64,000 nt of DNA, from positions 4,428 to 68,427 of the forward strand of contig CBFHIS010000004.1 in NCBI GenBank assembly GCA_965655975.1, given 5' to 3'. Shown piece by piece: positions 30,456 to 40,726 of this stretch. Under the pieces are notes generated by a model, which saw nothing but the letters and a program-made list of their open reading frames with translations, was not told the DNA's origin and ran no database searches. The translations under genes were made by a program, and so were the position numbers. Source of the DNA: Wenzhouxiangella sp. (GTDB lineage: Bacteria; Pseudomonadota; Gammaproteobacteria; Xanthomonadales; Wenzhouxiangellaceae). Numbering within the stretch: the first letter of the stretch is position 1; each line of letters begins with the position of its first letter.

Positions 30456-31684
30456 TCGAGCGGCCTGGTCCAGAAACCCATGTCTACACCCCCAGCGAGC
30501 TCAATCAAGAGGCCAAGCGCCATATCGAGGCCGGATTTGGCCGAGTCTGGATTCAGGGTGAAATTTCCAATCTGGCGCGTCCCGCCTCGGGGCATCTCTA
30601 TTTCAGCCTAAAAGACGGGCGTGCTCAAATTCGGTGTGCCCTATTCAAAGCCCAGGCATCAAAGCTTTCTTTTGAACCCAGCAACGGCGATGAGGTTTTG
30701 GTGCGGGGGCAACTGAGCCTATACGCACCCCGTGGCGATTATCAACTGATTGCCAGCGATGTCTTGGGTGCTGGACTGGGCGCTCTCCATGCAGCATTTG
30801 AGGCGCTCAAAAAAAAGCTCGGTGCCGAGGGACTGTTCGATCCTGAGAGAAAAAAACCCTTGCCAAAGTGGCCCAAGCGCATCGCCTTGGTAACCTCGGG
30901 CTCAGGCGCCGCTTTACGAGACATCAAACAAACCTTGGCCAAGCGCTGGCCGATTGCCACCACCAAGCTCTACCCGTCACTCGTGCAAGGAGACCAAGCA
31001 CCAGAGAGCCTGATCCAAGCGCTACTGGAGGCCGACCGCTCACCCGACAATGATTTGATTATTTTGGCGCGGGGCGGCGGTTCAATCGAAGACCTTTGGG
31101 CGTTCAATGACGAGGCTTTGGCCAGAACCGTTGCCAGTGCTCGCCTCCCAGTTATCTCGGGTGTGGGCCATGAAACCGATACCACCATTGTCGATTTTGT
31201 TGCCGATTGTCGGGCAGCAACACCCACAGCAGCGGCAGTTTTAGCGACCCCAGATGGTTCTGAGGTCAGCCAAACACTCAGCACCTTGAAGCAGGCCATT
31301 GGGCGCGGTATGCTTCGTTTGCTCAATCAACACGGGCAAAGCGTTGATTTGATGGAGCACCGTTTGTTGCGGTTGCATCCGATGACGACTTTAGAGCGAA
31401 GCGAGGAGCGTCTCGGCGAGCTCAAGAAGCACCTCCAACTGGCCACCGACCGGCGCCTGAATCAGCACACCGACCGTCTCAATGCCATGGCAAGGACCCT
31501 CAACAGCCTGAGTCCCTTGGCTGTATTGGAACGGGGTTATGGCATCGTGCAAGATGCCAATGGGCAGAGCTTAGACGCAGAAAATCCGCCTGAAATAGCA
31601 AGTAAGATCAATGTTTTATTGGATAAAATAGAAGTTCTTTCTAGGGTTGAGTCCGTGCGCCCTCGGGGGGCGCAGAGCGACTAA
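30452..31684 (+). CDS. xseA: Exodeoxyribonuclease VII large subunit
   Basis: GEISN...SGHLYFSLKD, RGGGSIEDLWAFN, VGHETD, LSPLAVLERGY. Confidence 0.97.
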   Translation: MIERPGPETHVYTPSELNQEAKRHIEAGFGRVWIQGEISNLARPASGHLYFSLKDGRAQIRCALFKAQASKLSFEPSNGDEVLVRGQLSLYAPRGDYQLIASDVLGAGLGALHAAFEALKKKLGAEGLFDPERKKPLPKWPKRIALVTSGSGAALRDIKQTLAKRWPIATTKLYPSLVQGDQAPESLIQALLEADRSPDNDLIILARGGGSIEDLWAFNDEALARTVASARLPVISGVGHETDTTIVDFVADCRAATPTAAAVLATPDGSEVSQTLSTLKQAIGRGMLRLLNQHGQSVDLMEHRLLRLHPMTTLERSEERLGELKKHLQLATDRRLNQHTDRLNAMARTLNSLSPLAVLERGYGIVQDANGQSLDAENPPEIASKINVLLDKIEVLSRVESVRPRGAQSD

Positions 31685-33045
31685 ATCGAACGCCTCACCA
31701 CCTCAGCCAAGTCCTCGGTGAGGCTTTGTACCTGGGCTTGATCGCTGCCCTCAATCATGACCCGAACCAACGGCTCAGTGCCTGACGGTCGCAACACCAC
31801 CCGACCCGAGTCTCCCAACGCTGACTCCGCCTGCTGTAGCGCAGACTCAATCGCTGGCGTTTTCAATAATTTCGCATCCACACGCGCACTCACCGGCACA
31901 TTCACCATGGTTTGGGGGTAGCGCTTCATACCAGAGACCAGTTCACCCAAACTCTTGCCTTGCTGAACCACCTGCTCACAAACCTGAAGCGCACTCACGA
32001 TGCCGCAGCCTGTCTGTGACCGGTCCAGGCACAAAATATGCCCTGAGGCCTCGCCGCCTAATACCCAACCGTGTTGTCGCAAGCACTCATGCACGTATCG
32101 ATCTCCAACAGCAGTGCGCTCAAATGGGATGCCATCGGCCATAAGGGCCTGTTCTAGTCCCAGGTTGGTCATGACGGTACCCACCACGCCCCCTTTGAGG
32201 CGACCACAGGCGTTAAATGCCTTGGCTAGGACGTACAAGATTTGGTCGCCATCAACCACTTGGCCAGCACCATCAACCAAAATCACGCGATCACCATCGC
32301 CATCAAAGGCCATACCGAGATCCGCACCATGAGCCAGTACCGCCTCACAGAGGCCTTTGGGATAAGTTGAACCACACTGCTCGTTGATGTTGAGCCCATC
32401 CGGTCGGTCATGGATGGTGACCACTTCTGCGCCTAACTCACGAAAGACCTCAGGCGCAATGCGATAAGTGGCGCCATTGGCGCAATCAAGAACGCATTTG
32501 AGGCCTGTTAATAACGTCGCTGGCCCAAGCGTTGACTTGCAAAATTCGGTGTACCGACCAACAGCGTCATCAATCCGAATCGCTCGGCCGAGCTGACTGG
32601 CATCGACCATCCGCATACCCTCAGACAGGCCCTCTTCCAAGCGCTTTTCAATCGCAACCACCAAGTCCTCGGCGAGCTTTTCTCCTTGGCTCGAAAACAG
32701 CTTGAGTCCGTTGTCGTAGTAGGGATTATGCGAGGCAGAGATCACAATGCCTGCTGCAGCACCCAGCGAGTGCGCGAGGTGCGCCACCGCTGGTGTGGGC
32801 ATTGGCCCCAACAAAATACTGTCTGCACCGGCGGCCGATAGGCCCGCCTCGAGCGCTGATTCGAACAAATAGCCTGAAATGCGCGTGTCTTTGCCAATCA
32901 CCACGCGCTTTTGTGGACCGGCTTTTGCCAATACGGTGCCAACCGCCCAGCCAAACTGCAACACAAATTCAGCGGTCATGGGTGACTCGCCCACCCGACC
33001 GCGCACACCATCTGTCCCAAAATATTTCAATGCAACCTCCCCCAT
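31681..33045 (-). CDS. glmM: Phosphoglucosamine mutase (start 33045 or TTG 33030)
   Basis: YFGTDGVRG, ISASHNP, DGDGDR, GGEASGH, LRPSGTEP. Confidence 0.98.
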   Translation of the reverse strand: MGEVALKYFGTDGVRGRVGESPMTAEFVLQFGWAVGTVLAKAGPQKRVVIGKDTRISGYLFESALEAGLSAAGADSILLGPMPTPAVAHLAHSLGAAAGIVISASHNPYYDNGLKLFSSQGEKLAEDLVVAIEKRLEEGLSEGMRMVDASQLGRAIRIDDAVGRYTEFCKSTLGPATLLTGLKCVLDCANGATYRIAPEVFRELGAEVVTIHDRPDGLNINEQCGSTYPKGLCEAVLAHGADLGMAFDGDGDRVILVDGAGQVVDGDQILYVLAKAFNACGRLKGGVVGTVMTNLGLEQALMADGIPFERTAVGDRYVHECLRQHGWVLGGEASGHILCLDRSQTGCGIVSALQVCEQVVQQGKSLGELVSGMKRYPQTMVNVPVSARVDAKLLKTPAIESALQQAESALGDSGRVVLRPSGTEPLVRVMIEGSDQAQVQSLTEDLAEVVRRSI

Positions 33046-33047
33046 TC

Positions 33048-33929
33048 TTATGCCTCGTCCTTGACGTTGTTTGTTTGCATGGCCGAGCACTTGACCGCCT
33101 GCCAGACCTTAATGGCATCCACTGTCTCTGCCACATCATGGACTCTGACAATGGCCGAACCAGCCTGTGCGGCCAACAAGGCCGAAGCGATCGAAGCCGC
33201 CTTCCGATCCTTAGGATCCTGCCGGCCCGTGATTTGCCCAAGCATCGATTTCCGAGACAAACCTGCCAATACTGGATGACCCAGTGCAACAATTTTTGGC
33301 AGACAAGCCAATAGAGCAACATTATGCGCCAACGCCTTACCAAAGCCAAATCCTGGGTCAATTAAAATATGATCGCGCGCTATCCCACCCGCCACGCAGC
33401 AACGAACGCGTTCGAGCAAGAACCCGCTAATCTCCTGGACCACATCACCATACTCTGGTGCGCGTTGCATAGAGCGTGGCTCGCCTTGCATGTGCATCAA
33501 CACCACTGGCGCTTTGACGCTGGCCACAACAGCCACCGCGCGATCAGCTTTAAGTGCATTGACATCGTTGACCATGCTCGCACCGGCTTTAAGCGCCGCT
33601 TCCATGACCTCAGGCTTGGATGTGTCAATCGAAATGGCCACGTCCGTCCGGGAACGGATTGCCTCAATGACTGGAATCACTCGCTCGAGCTCTTGATCAA
33701 CGTCGACAGGCTCTGCCCCTGGCCGCGTGGACTCGCCCCCGACATCAATGATGGCCGCACCCTCTCCCTCGAGACGTAGGGCCTGTTCCAGGGCGCTGGT
33801 GTGGCTGACAAACTGACCGCCATCAGAGAATGAATCGGGCGTGACATTCAACACGCCCATCACCAGCGGTTGCTGGTTTAGATGGGCATCTTGAATGGCA
33901 TCAATTAAGGGCTGGCTGGCCAAGCTCAA
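33048..33929 (-). CDS. folP: Dihydropteroate synthase
   Basis: [45 protein letters not shown]. Confidence 0.98.
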   Translation of the reverse strand: MSLASQPLIDAIQDAHLNQQPLVMGVLNVTPDSFSDGGQFVSHTSALEQALRLEGEGAAIIDVGGESTRPGAEPVDVDQELERVIPVIEAIRSRTDVAISIDTSKPEVMEAALKAGASMVNDVNALKADRAVAVVASVKAPVVLMHMQGEPRSMQRAPEYGDVVQEISGFLLERVRCCVAGGIARDHILIDPGFGFGKALAHNVALLACLPKIVALGHPVLAGLSRKSMLGQITGRQDPKDRKAASIASALLAAQAGSAIVRVHDVAETVDAIKVWQAVKCSAMQTNNVKDEA

Positions 33930-35854
33930 CTCGGCGCTGGTTCACCCGATGGCTCATCCCCACCAACCGGATCATCCGAACTTGGTGCAGATGGCGGTGG
34001 TGTGGAGTCATCATGCCAGCCTTTGGGTGGGCTGGGCTCTTCGCCTGCCATGATTTGGTCGATTTGCTGCGTGTCGATGGTTTCATAACGCATCAAGGCA
34101 TCAGCCATGGTCTCAAGCTTGTCTCGGTGACCTTCTAAAATGCGCATCGCCTCAGCGTATGCCTCATCAATGAATTGTCGAACCTCTTGGTCCAACTGAC
34201 GGTGGGTCTCATCAGAAATGTGCTTGTGTTGTGTCACTGACCGCCCCAGGAACACCTCATCTTCGTTCTCGCCATACGCCAATGGGCCCATCTTGTCAGA
34301 GAGCCCCCACTTGGTCACCATGTTGCGAGCAATCTGAGAGGCGCGCTCGATGTCATTAGATGCGCCTGTGGTGACATGGTCTTTGCCGTAGATGATCTCT
34401 TCAGCAACACGACCACCAAACAAACTGGCCAACTGAGATCGCAATTGCTGGCGTGTCATTGAGTACTTGTCTTCTTCAGGCAAGAACATGGTCACACCCA
34501 AAGCCCGACCCCTCGGAATGATGGTCACTTTGTATACTGGATCATGCTCGGGAACGATTCGGCCAACAATGGCATGCCCAGCTTCGTGGTAAGCCGTCAG
34601 GCGCTTGTCTTCTTCCGACATGGCCATAGACTTACGTTCAGCACCCATCATGATCTTGTCTTTGGCTTTTTCAAAATCAATTTGTGAGACTGTCTTTTCG
34701 TTCTCTCTGGCCGCGAACAAAGCTGCTTCGTTGACCAAGTTGGCCAAGTCTGCACCAGAAAAGCCTGGCGTCCCACGAGCGATCACGCGCGCATCAATAT
34801 CATCGGCCAAGGGCACTTTGCGCATGTGTACTTTAAGAATTTGTTCGCGCCCGCGCAGGTCAGGCAATGGCACCACCACCTGACGGTCAAACCGACCAGG
34901 CCGCAACAAAGCGGGATCGAGCACGTCGGGCCTATTGGTTGCTGCAATCAAGATGATGCCTTCGTTGCCCTCAAACCCATCCATTTCAACAAGCAGCTGG
35001 TTGAGCGTTTGTTCTCGCTCATCGTGCCCGCCACCAAGACCCGCGCCACGGTGTCTGCCCACCGCATCAATCTCATCAATAAAAATAATACAGGGCGCAT
35101 GCTTTTTAGCGGTTTCGAACATGTCGCGAACACGCGAGGCGCCCACACCGACAAACATCTCAACAAAGTCAGAACCTGAGATGGAGAAAAATGGCACCTT
35201 GGCCTCGCCGGCAATGGCTCGAGCCAACAGGGTTTTGCCTGTCCCTGGGGGACCGACCATCAAAATGCCCTTGGGAATATGCCCACCCAAGCGCTGAAAC
35301 TTCCCAGGGCTTCGCAAAAATTCCACCAACTCGGTGACATCGTCTTTCGCTTCTTCGCAGCCAGCCACGTCTTCGAATGTGACTTTGACCTGGTCTTCGC
35401 CTTGGAGCTTGGCTTTGGATTTACCAAAGCTCATGGCGCCGCCACGCCCGCCCATGCCGCCTTGCATTTGGCGCATGAAATAGACCCACAAACCCACCAG
35501 AACCAATACAGGCAATAAGCTGATCAAAATATCCAAAAACAGAGAGCGACCCTCGGGTTCCTTGGCAATAATCTCTACTTGGTTGTCTAGGAGGTCTTTG
35601 ATCAGGCCATCGTCGGTCGGTGCGACCACCGTGAAGGTTTGGCCATCACGTCGAGTGCCTGTGATGGTTTTAGCCCCAGGCGTTTCTTCAATCTGCACGG
35701 AGCCCACTGTGCCACTTCGCACCTCATCGAGAAACATGGAATAAGTCATTTCTCGGGTTTGCTGCTGAGTGGGTTGTGAGTAGTAGTTGAATACACTCAT
35801 CAAGACCATCGCAATGATCACCCACATCAACAGATTTTTTGCAAAGTCACTCAA
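33926..35854 (-). CDS. ftsH: ATP-dependent Zn protease FtsH
   Basis: Two TM segments, [17 protein letters not shown]. Confidence 0.99.
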   Translation of the reverse strand: MSDFAKNLLMWVIIAMVLMSVFNYYSQPTQQQTREMTYSMFLDEVRSGTVGSVQIEETPGAKTITGTRRDGQTFTVVAPTDDGLIKDLLDNQVEIIAKEPEGRSLFLDILISLLPVLVLVGLWVYFMRQMQGGMGGRGGAMSFGKSKAKLQGEDQVKVTFEDVAGCEEAKDDVTELVEFLRSPGKFQRLGGHIPKGILMVGPPGTGKTLLARAIAGEAKVPFFSISGSDFVEMFVGVGASRVRDMFETAKKHAPCIIFIDEIDAVGRHRGAGLGGGHDEREQTLNQLLVEMDGFEGNEGIILIAATNRPDVLDPALLRPGRFDRQVVVPLPDLRGREQILKVHMRKVPLADDIDARVIARGTPGFSGADLANLVNEAALFAARENEKTVSQIDFEKAKDKIMMGAERKSMAMSEEDKRLTAYHEAGHAIVGRIVPEHDPVYKVTIIPRGRALGVTMFLPEEDKYSMTRQQLRSQLASLFGGRVAEEIIYGKDHVTTGASNDIERASQIARNMVTKWGLSDKMGPLAYGENEDEVFLGRSVTQHKHISDETHRQLDQEVRQFIDEAYAEAMRILEGHRDKLETMADALMRYETIDTQQIDQIMAGEEPSPPKGWHDDSTPPPSAPSSDDPVGGDEPSGEPAPS

Positions 35855-35898
35855 CGTCTCATCTCCAGTGAATCTAACAGTTCATTTTACCCCAGAAC

Positions 35899-36528
35899 TC
35901 AGCCCGCTTCTGGCTTAAGCCCCCGTGCCACAAGGTACACCTCACGGCTTTCGGCCCGTGACGACTTGGGCTTTCTCACTTTAACAGACTTGAATGATCC
36001 CCTAAGCTCAGTGAGAAAGGCGTCAAAACCGGCGCCTTGGAATACTTTGACCACAAAAACGCCGTTTTGCGCCAACCAATCACGCGCGAAATCCAGCGCC
36101 AATTCCGCCAAGTACATGCTCTTGGCCTGATCGGAGGGCCCAATACCTGAAATATTGGGTGCCATGTCCGATAAAACAACGTCTACCCTCAAATCTTTTC
36201 CTATTTTCGAAAGCTCCGCCTCGAGAGTCTCCAAGACATCCTTTTCACGGAAATCACCCTGAATCCATACAACGCCCTCAAGCGGCTCCATCTCCAAGAG
36301 ATCGAGTGCGAATACGTGCCCTCGTCCAGCGAGTTTTTTTAAGGCCACCTGGGACCAACCTCCGGGTGCTGCCCCCAAATCCACCACCAGACGGGCCTTG
36401 GCAAAAAGACCATCTGTGTCATCGAGCTCCATGAGCTTGAATGCAGAGCGCGCACGCCAACCCTCCTCATGGGCCCGTTTCACATAAGGATCGTTGCGTT
36501 GTCGCTGGGTCCAGTTTTTCGAACTCAC
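35899..36528 (-). CDS. rlmE: 23S rRNA Um2552 methyltransferase
   Basis: RARSAFKL, DLGAAPGGWSQ, SDMAPN, VKVF, SRAESRE. Confidence 0.98.
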   Translation of the reverse strand: MSSKNWTQRQRNDPYVKRAHEEGWRARSAFKLMELDDTDGLFAKARLVVDLGAAPGGWSQVALKKLAGRGHVFALDLLEMEPLEGVVWIQGDFREKDVLETLEAELSKIGKDLRVDVVLSDMAPNISGIGPSDQAKSMYLAELALDFARDWLAQNGVFVVKVFQGAGFDAFLTELRGSFKSVKVRKPKSSRAESREVYLVARGLKPEAG

Positions 36529-36595
36529 ATTCCCTCCAAGCGCGTTTTCAATGGGTTGTTGTCTTCAATTCGTTGTCATCAGGTACAATGACACC

Positions 36596-36901
36596 ATGTC
36601 GTTAAGCACACACCAAAAAAAGCATCTGCGTGGCCTTTGCCATGCCCTTCAGCCCATCGTGACCATTGCAGACAAAGGCCTCAGTGATACTGTGGGCCAA
36701 GAGATTGAGTCGGCCTTGTTGCACCACGAACTCATCAAAATTCGCATTCGCCAAGACCGAGCCACGCGTCAAGCGACCGTTGACACCCTTTTGGGCTCCA
36801 TGTCAGCTGAGCCTGTCATGGCCATTGGTCAAGTCTTGTGCCTCTATCGAGCCAACCCAAAACGGGCCGCTGATAAGCGCATCAAATTGCCCAAAGCTTA
36901 A
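36596..36901 (+). CDS. yhbY: CRM-domain RNA-binding protein
   Basis: KKHLRGLCHALQPIV...HELIKIR...IGQVLCLYR; divergent from rlmE. Confidence 0.9.
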   Translation: MSLSTHQKKHLRGLCHALQPIVTIADKGLSDTVGQEIESALLHHELIKIRIRQDRATRQATVDTLLGSMSAEPVMAIGQVLCLYRANPKRAADKRIKLPKA

Positions 36902-36905
36902 GTGT

Positions 36906-37286
36906 ATGCAATTAACTGAGCACAAACCGGGTGATCACCATTTTATTCGCTCTGTCAGCCCTGATCAGGTTGTGATCGGCGCAGAGGCTTATACAACCAG
37001 CATTTTTCTCGGCGCTCGCCTACTTGAGACCGATTGGCCTGTCACCGCACTCGATGAACTCACACCCGAGACGGTTGAGCCATTGCTCCAGCATCAGCCT
37101 GAGCTGGTGATCTTAGGCGTGGGCAGCGAACAATCTTTTCCCCCAGCGGCGATTTATCATGCGTTCTTGTCGCGCCAAGTTGGGCTGGAATGCATGACAC
37201 TCCAAGCGGCCAGCCGTACATTCAATGTCCTAATGAGCGAAAATCGACGCGCCCTGGCGGCCCTGATACTCCCCGGGCGTCAATAA
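36906..37286 (+). CDS. Mth938-like (DUF498) protein
   Basis: PELVILGVG, GLECMTLQAASRTFNVLMSENR. Confidence 0.9.
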   Translation: MQLTEHKPGDHHFIRSVSPDQVVIGAEAYTTSIFLGARLLETDWPVTALDELTPETVEPLLQHQPELVILGVGSEQSFPPAAIYHAFLSRQVGLECMTLQAASRTFNVLMSENRRALAALILPGRQ

Positions 37287-37313
37287 GAAATAGCCAGCAA
37301 AACCCATTTTTTG

Positions 37314-37331
37314 ATAGTTTTTGCATATAAT
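37314..37331 (+). promoter_or_regulatory. oxyR -10 box with overlapping LysR/OxyR-like half-site
   Basis: ATAG-N7-ATAT (37314-37328, T-N11-A) overlapping TATAAT (37326-37331), 6 nt before ATG 37338. Confidence 0.6.
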
Positions 37332-37337
37332 TAAAAA

Positions 37338-38240
37338 ATGAACATCAGAGCCTTGCAGTACTTTATTGCCTTGGCTGAGTTGCGCCATTTTCGCAAAGCA
37401 GCTGAGCGATGCCATGTCAGCCAGCCCACGCTCTCTACCCAGATCCGCAAACTCGAAGAGCAATTGGGCAATGATCTGATCGAGCGGAATTCTCGGCAAG
37501 TGCTACTCACCCCACTGGGGGAAAAAGTGCTAGAGCGGGCCCGAGTGATCGTCGGAGAGACTCAAGCGATTCGCCAAATGGCCCGTGATGCCGATGATCC
37601 TTATAGCGGCACCCTAAGCATTGGTGTATTCCCCACCCTGGCACCTTATCTGTTGCCCCACGTCATCCCGAATATTCGAAAGCAGTTTCCAAAGCTCACC
37701 ATCCGACTGTTCGAAGAAAAAACCGAACAGGTCATGACCATGCTGATGGACGGGACACTGGATGCGATCTTGCTTGCACCACCCATTGATGACGATCAGG
37801 TTCATGTTGAGCCGTTGTTCAGTGAACCCTTTGTCTTGGTCGCACCCAACGATCATCCACTGAGCAAAAAACAGCGCATCCGAAGCGAAGACCTAAAAAC
37901 ACAAAAGTTGCTGTTACTCGAAGATGGACACTGCCTTCGCGATCATGCTTTGGCGGTGTGTCAGCTCTCAGGGGCCATTGAGCGCCTAGATTTTCAGGCC
38001 TCCAGTCTCGAGACGCTGCGCTACATGGTGGCGGCGGGCAGCGGCATCACCTTGATGCCCATTTTGGCCACCAAACCACCCGTCACCGCGATCGAAAATG
38101 TCACCGTGCGGCCCTTTGAGGCACCCACACCGCAACGCACCATTGCGATGGCCTGGCGCAAAAGCAGTTTGCGCGAAGAACTTTTGCTGGCGGTGTCGGC
38201 TGTCTTCAAAGCCATCGACTCCAAGTTACTAGAGCCTTAA
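37338..38240 (+). CDS. oxyR: Hydrogen peroxide-sensing LysR regulator
   Basis: LysR HTH VSQPTLSTQIRKLE; LLLEDGHCLRDHALAVC redox Cys pair. Confidence 0.93.
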   Translation: MNIRALQYFIALAELRHFRKAAERCHVSQPTLSTQIRKLEEQLGNDLIERNSRQVLLTPLGEKVLERARVIVGETQAIRQMARDADDPYSGTLSIGVFPTLAPYLLPHVIPNIRKQFPKLTIRLFEEKTEQVMTMLMDGTLDAILLAPPIDDDQVHVEPLFSEPFVLVAPNDHPLSKKQRIRSEDLKTQKLLLLEDGHCLRDHALAVCQLSGAIERLDFQASSLETLRYMVAAGSGITLMPILATKPPVTAIENVTVRPFEAPTPQRTIAMAWRKSSLREELLLAVSAVFKAIDSKLLEP

Positions 38241-38269
38241 GGCAAAGCCCGCAAAAACACCAGTATCAA

Positions 38270-39988
38270 CTAACCCTGTTTCTTCTCGCGGCTGCGTTGC
38301 ATGTGCAAGATCAGACCAAAAGCGGCCACCAAAAGTGGCATCAATGCAATATTGATCCAAGCCAACTGCCGCCCCAACCGATCAATCTCTTGATCCAGAT
38401 TACGACGCACACGCCTTAACTCTTGCCGAAGCTCGAGGCGCTGTTCGATAAACGCGGCCAACTCATCGCGTTCAACATCCGACATATCCTCTGGCGCCTC
38501 CAGCCGCAAGACAGAGAGTTTTTCGTCTGCCTCTGCCAAAGCAGCTTCTAGTCGCCTTTCCGTCTCCAGCAGGCGGGCCTCGGCGGAGCGGCGAAGCTCA
38601 TCGACGAGATCAAAGGGACGAAGTGAGCGTTCTCGACTTCGTATCGCAATCAAACTTGGGTCACCAATCAGGTTGTCGATCGCGTTCAACACAAAACCAC
38701 CATTGCTGGCAAAACTCTCCACCAGCTCAGTTCCCATGAAGGTCTGGCGAGAGACCCAGTACCGGTCTGCCAAGAAATCCACATCGCCCACCACAATGGC
38801 ATCGGTGGGTTGCTGTGTGCGGAGAGCCATGATGCTATCGCCTCCTTGGCTGGGAAGCTCATTGAGCAAGTCAGTGGTGAGCTCTTCTACGGGCTGTTCG
38901 GACAAAAGGCGCACCACCGGCAAACGAGCAGACCGCTCAGAAGCCATCCACAACGCGCTGGCTCCCTCAGCGGCACTTGGCAGAACCTCCAAGTGACCCA
39001 CAGTGGCCACATTGATCGCTTCAAGGTCGCTGGTGGTGACATCATCAATGGCCAATGCGTCTTGGCTCAAGCCCAGTATGGCTGGGTGTCTGATCGGTGC
39101 GGCGTTGGCCTCAAGCGTGACTTGCAAGCCAAGATCCGCATCGGCCACAAATTCATCTGGACGCATCGACACACCCATTGCCTCGAGCAGTTCAAAGACC
39201 TTGGGATCGGCCTCAGGTGCGTCGGACAATGTTTGCACATAAGGGTCCACAAACACCAAAAAGCGCAGGTTCTGATCAATGGCGCCTTTCAAAGCATTGA
39301 CCAAGTCTGGTGTCAAACTCTGAGGCTGAATCATCAATACCAAATCCACCTCAGAAGGCAGCGTGGTTGCCGTTGAGGGCACCTCAATCAACTCATAGCG
39401 GGCGGCCATTTGTTGGTACACCAACCAATTTTGAATTGGCAAATCTCCAATGAGCGCAATTCTCGGGAGGCTGGCGCGTTGCACACGGTCGATGCGTTGG
39501 ATCAAGTCATATTCGAGCCTGTGCCCTCGGTTTGGAGACAGAAATGGCAAAGTGACTTGCTCGCCATTGTCACCATTAATGACCAAGCCAAAATAAACGG
39601 ACTCTTGACTCGGACCAATTGGCAGGCCATTCAAACCAGCCAAAAGGGCCTCATCTTCGACTTCGGAAAATGGTTCAGGGTCACGCCATTCGACACGCAG
39701 GCGACCATTCGATGCCCGCGACATTGCCTCTAACAAACCCTCAACCCGTCTTGCAAAGAAACGAATGGCGGGAAGCTCTTGACTGGCTTGATCGCTGAAA
39801 TAAACTTGAATATCGACTGCTGAGTCCAACGAGGCCAAGAGATCTTTACTGCCCACACTCAAGGTATGCAATTTATTTTCGGTCAAGTCCAGGCGCGCCT
39901 GACCCGACCACAGGCCTGTTGCCCCCAGTAACGCAATGAAAGCCAGCAACGACAAACCAAACACAGAAAAAAGCGCTGCTTTAGACAT
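38270..39988 (-). CDS. GldG-like ABC transporter auxiliary/binding protein
   Basis: RLDLTENKLHTLS, DPEPFSEVED, YFGL, LEYDL, VGDVDFL, NGGFVLNAIDNL; TM at both ends. Confidence 0.85.
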   Translation of the reverse strand: MSKAALFSVFGLSLLAFIALLGATGLWSGQARLDLTENKLHTLSVGSKDLLASLDSAVDIQVYFSDQASQELPAIRFFARRVEGLLEAMSRASNGRLRVEWRDPEPFSEVEDEALLAGLNGLPIGPSQESVYFGLVINGDNGEQVTLPFLSPNRGHRLEYDLIQRIDRVQRASLPRIALIGDLPIQNWLVYQQMAARYELIEVPSTATTLPSEVDLVLMIQPQSLTPDLVNALKGAIDQNLRFLVFVDPYVQTLSDAPEADPKVFELLEAMGVSMRPDEFVADADLGLQVTLEANAAPIRHPAILGLSQDALAIDDVTTSDLEAINVATVGHLEVLPSAAEGASALWMASERSARLPVVRLLSEQPVEELTTDLLNELPSQGGDSIMALRTQQPTDAIVVGDVDFLADRYWVSRQTFMGTELVESFASNGGFVLNAIDNLIGDPSLIAIRSRERSLRPFDLVDELRRSAEARLLETERRLEAALAEADEKLSVLRLEAPEDMSDVERDELAAFIEQRLELRQELRRVRRNLDQEIDRLGRQLAWINIALMPLLVAAFGLILHMQRSREKKQG

Positions 39989-39991
39989 GGC

Positions 39992-40726
39992 CTAAGATGC
40001 CTTCCTTAATTCGATCAATGCCCAGTTTCCGGTGAGCATCACCCCGATCAGACCCAGAAAATACAACAGGCTCTGCACATCCAATATGCCACGCGCCATG
40101 GCGGAGTAGTGCACTAGAAAACTCATCTGACTGATGAGATCAACCGATTTCTGGGGCAATATTTCGCCCATTGGCTCTAAGACCAGTGGCATACCTGCCA
40201 TCAAAAACACGAAACAAATCGTGGCACTGGCGATGAAAGCGATGACTTGATTGGACGTGGCGGCAGACGCTGCAGTAGATATGGCTAAAAATGTACCCGC
40301 CATCAACCAACTGGCCACATAAGCTCCCGCAATAACTCCATTATCGGGGTCGCCCAAAACATTGACGGTGATCCATAAGGGAAAGCTCAAAAAAAGCCCC
40401 AAGCCAACGAGACCAAGGGCGGCAAAATATTTCCCCAAAACCACCTCCCAAGTGCTCAGCGGCAGTGTGAGCAATAACTCAGCAGACCCACTTCGAAACT
40501 CCTCAGACCAAAGCCGCATCCCAATGGCGGGCACCAGAAACAGATAAATCCATGGATGGAATTGGAAAAACGGCTCCAAGTCGGCAATCTCTCGCTCATA
40601 AAAGCCACCGGCATAGAAAGTCAGGGCTGAACTTAGAACCAAAAATATGATGAGAAACAATGGTGCCATGGGTGTCAGGAAGTAGGCACTCCACTCTTTT
40701 TTCATGACGATAAGGGTCTTATTCAT
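39992..40726 (-). CDS. GldF-like ABC-2 permease
   Basis: KEWSAYF, MRLWSEEFRSGSAELLLTLP, six TM segments. Confidence 0.9.
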   Translation of the reverse strand: MNKTLIVMKKEWSAYFLTPMAPLFLIIFLVLSSALTFYAGGFYEREIADLEPFFQFHPWIYLFLVPAIGMRLWSEEFRSGSAELLLTLPLSTWEVVLGKYFAALGLVGLGLFLSFPLWITVNVLGDPDNGVIAGAYVASWLMAGTFLAISTAASAATSNQVIAFIASATICFVFLMAGMPLVLEPMGEILPQKSVDLISQMSFLVHYSAMARGILDVQSLLYFLGLIGVMLTGNWALIELRKAS

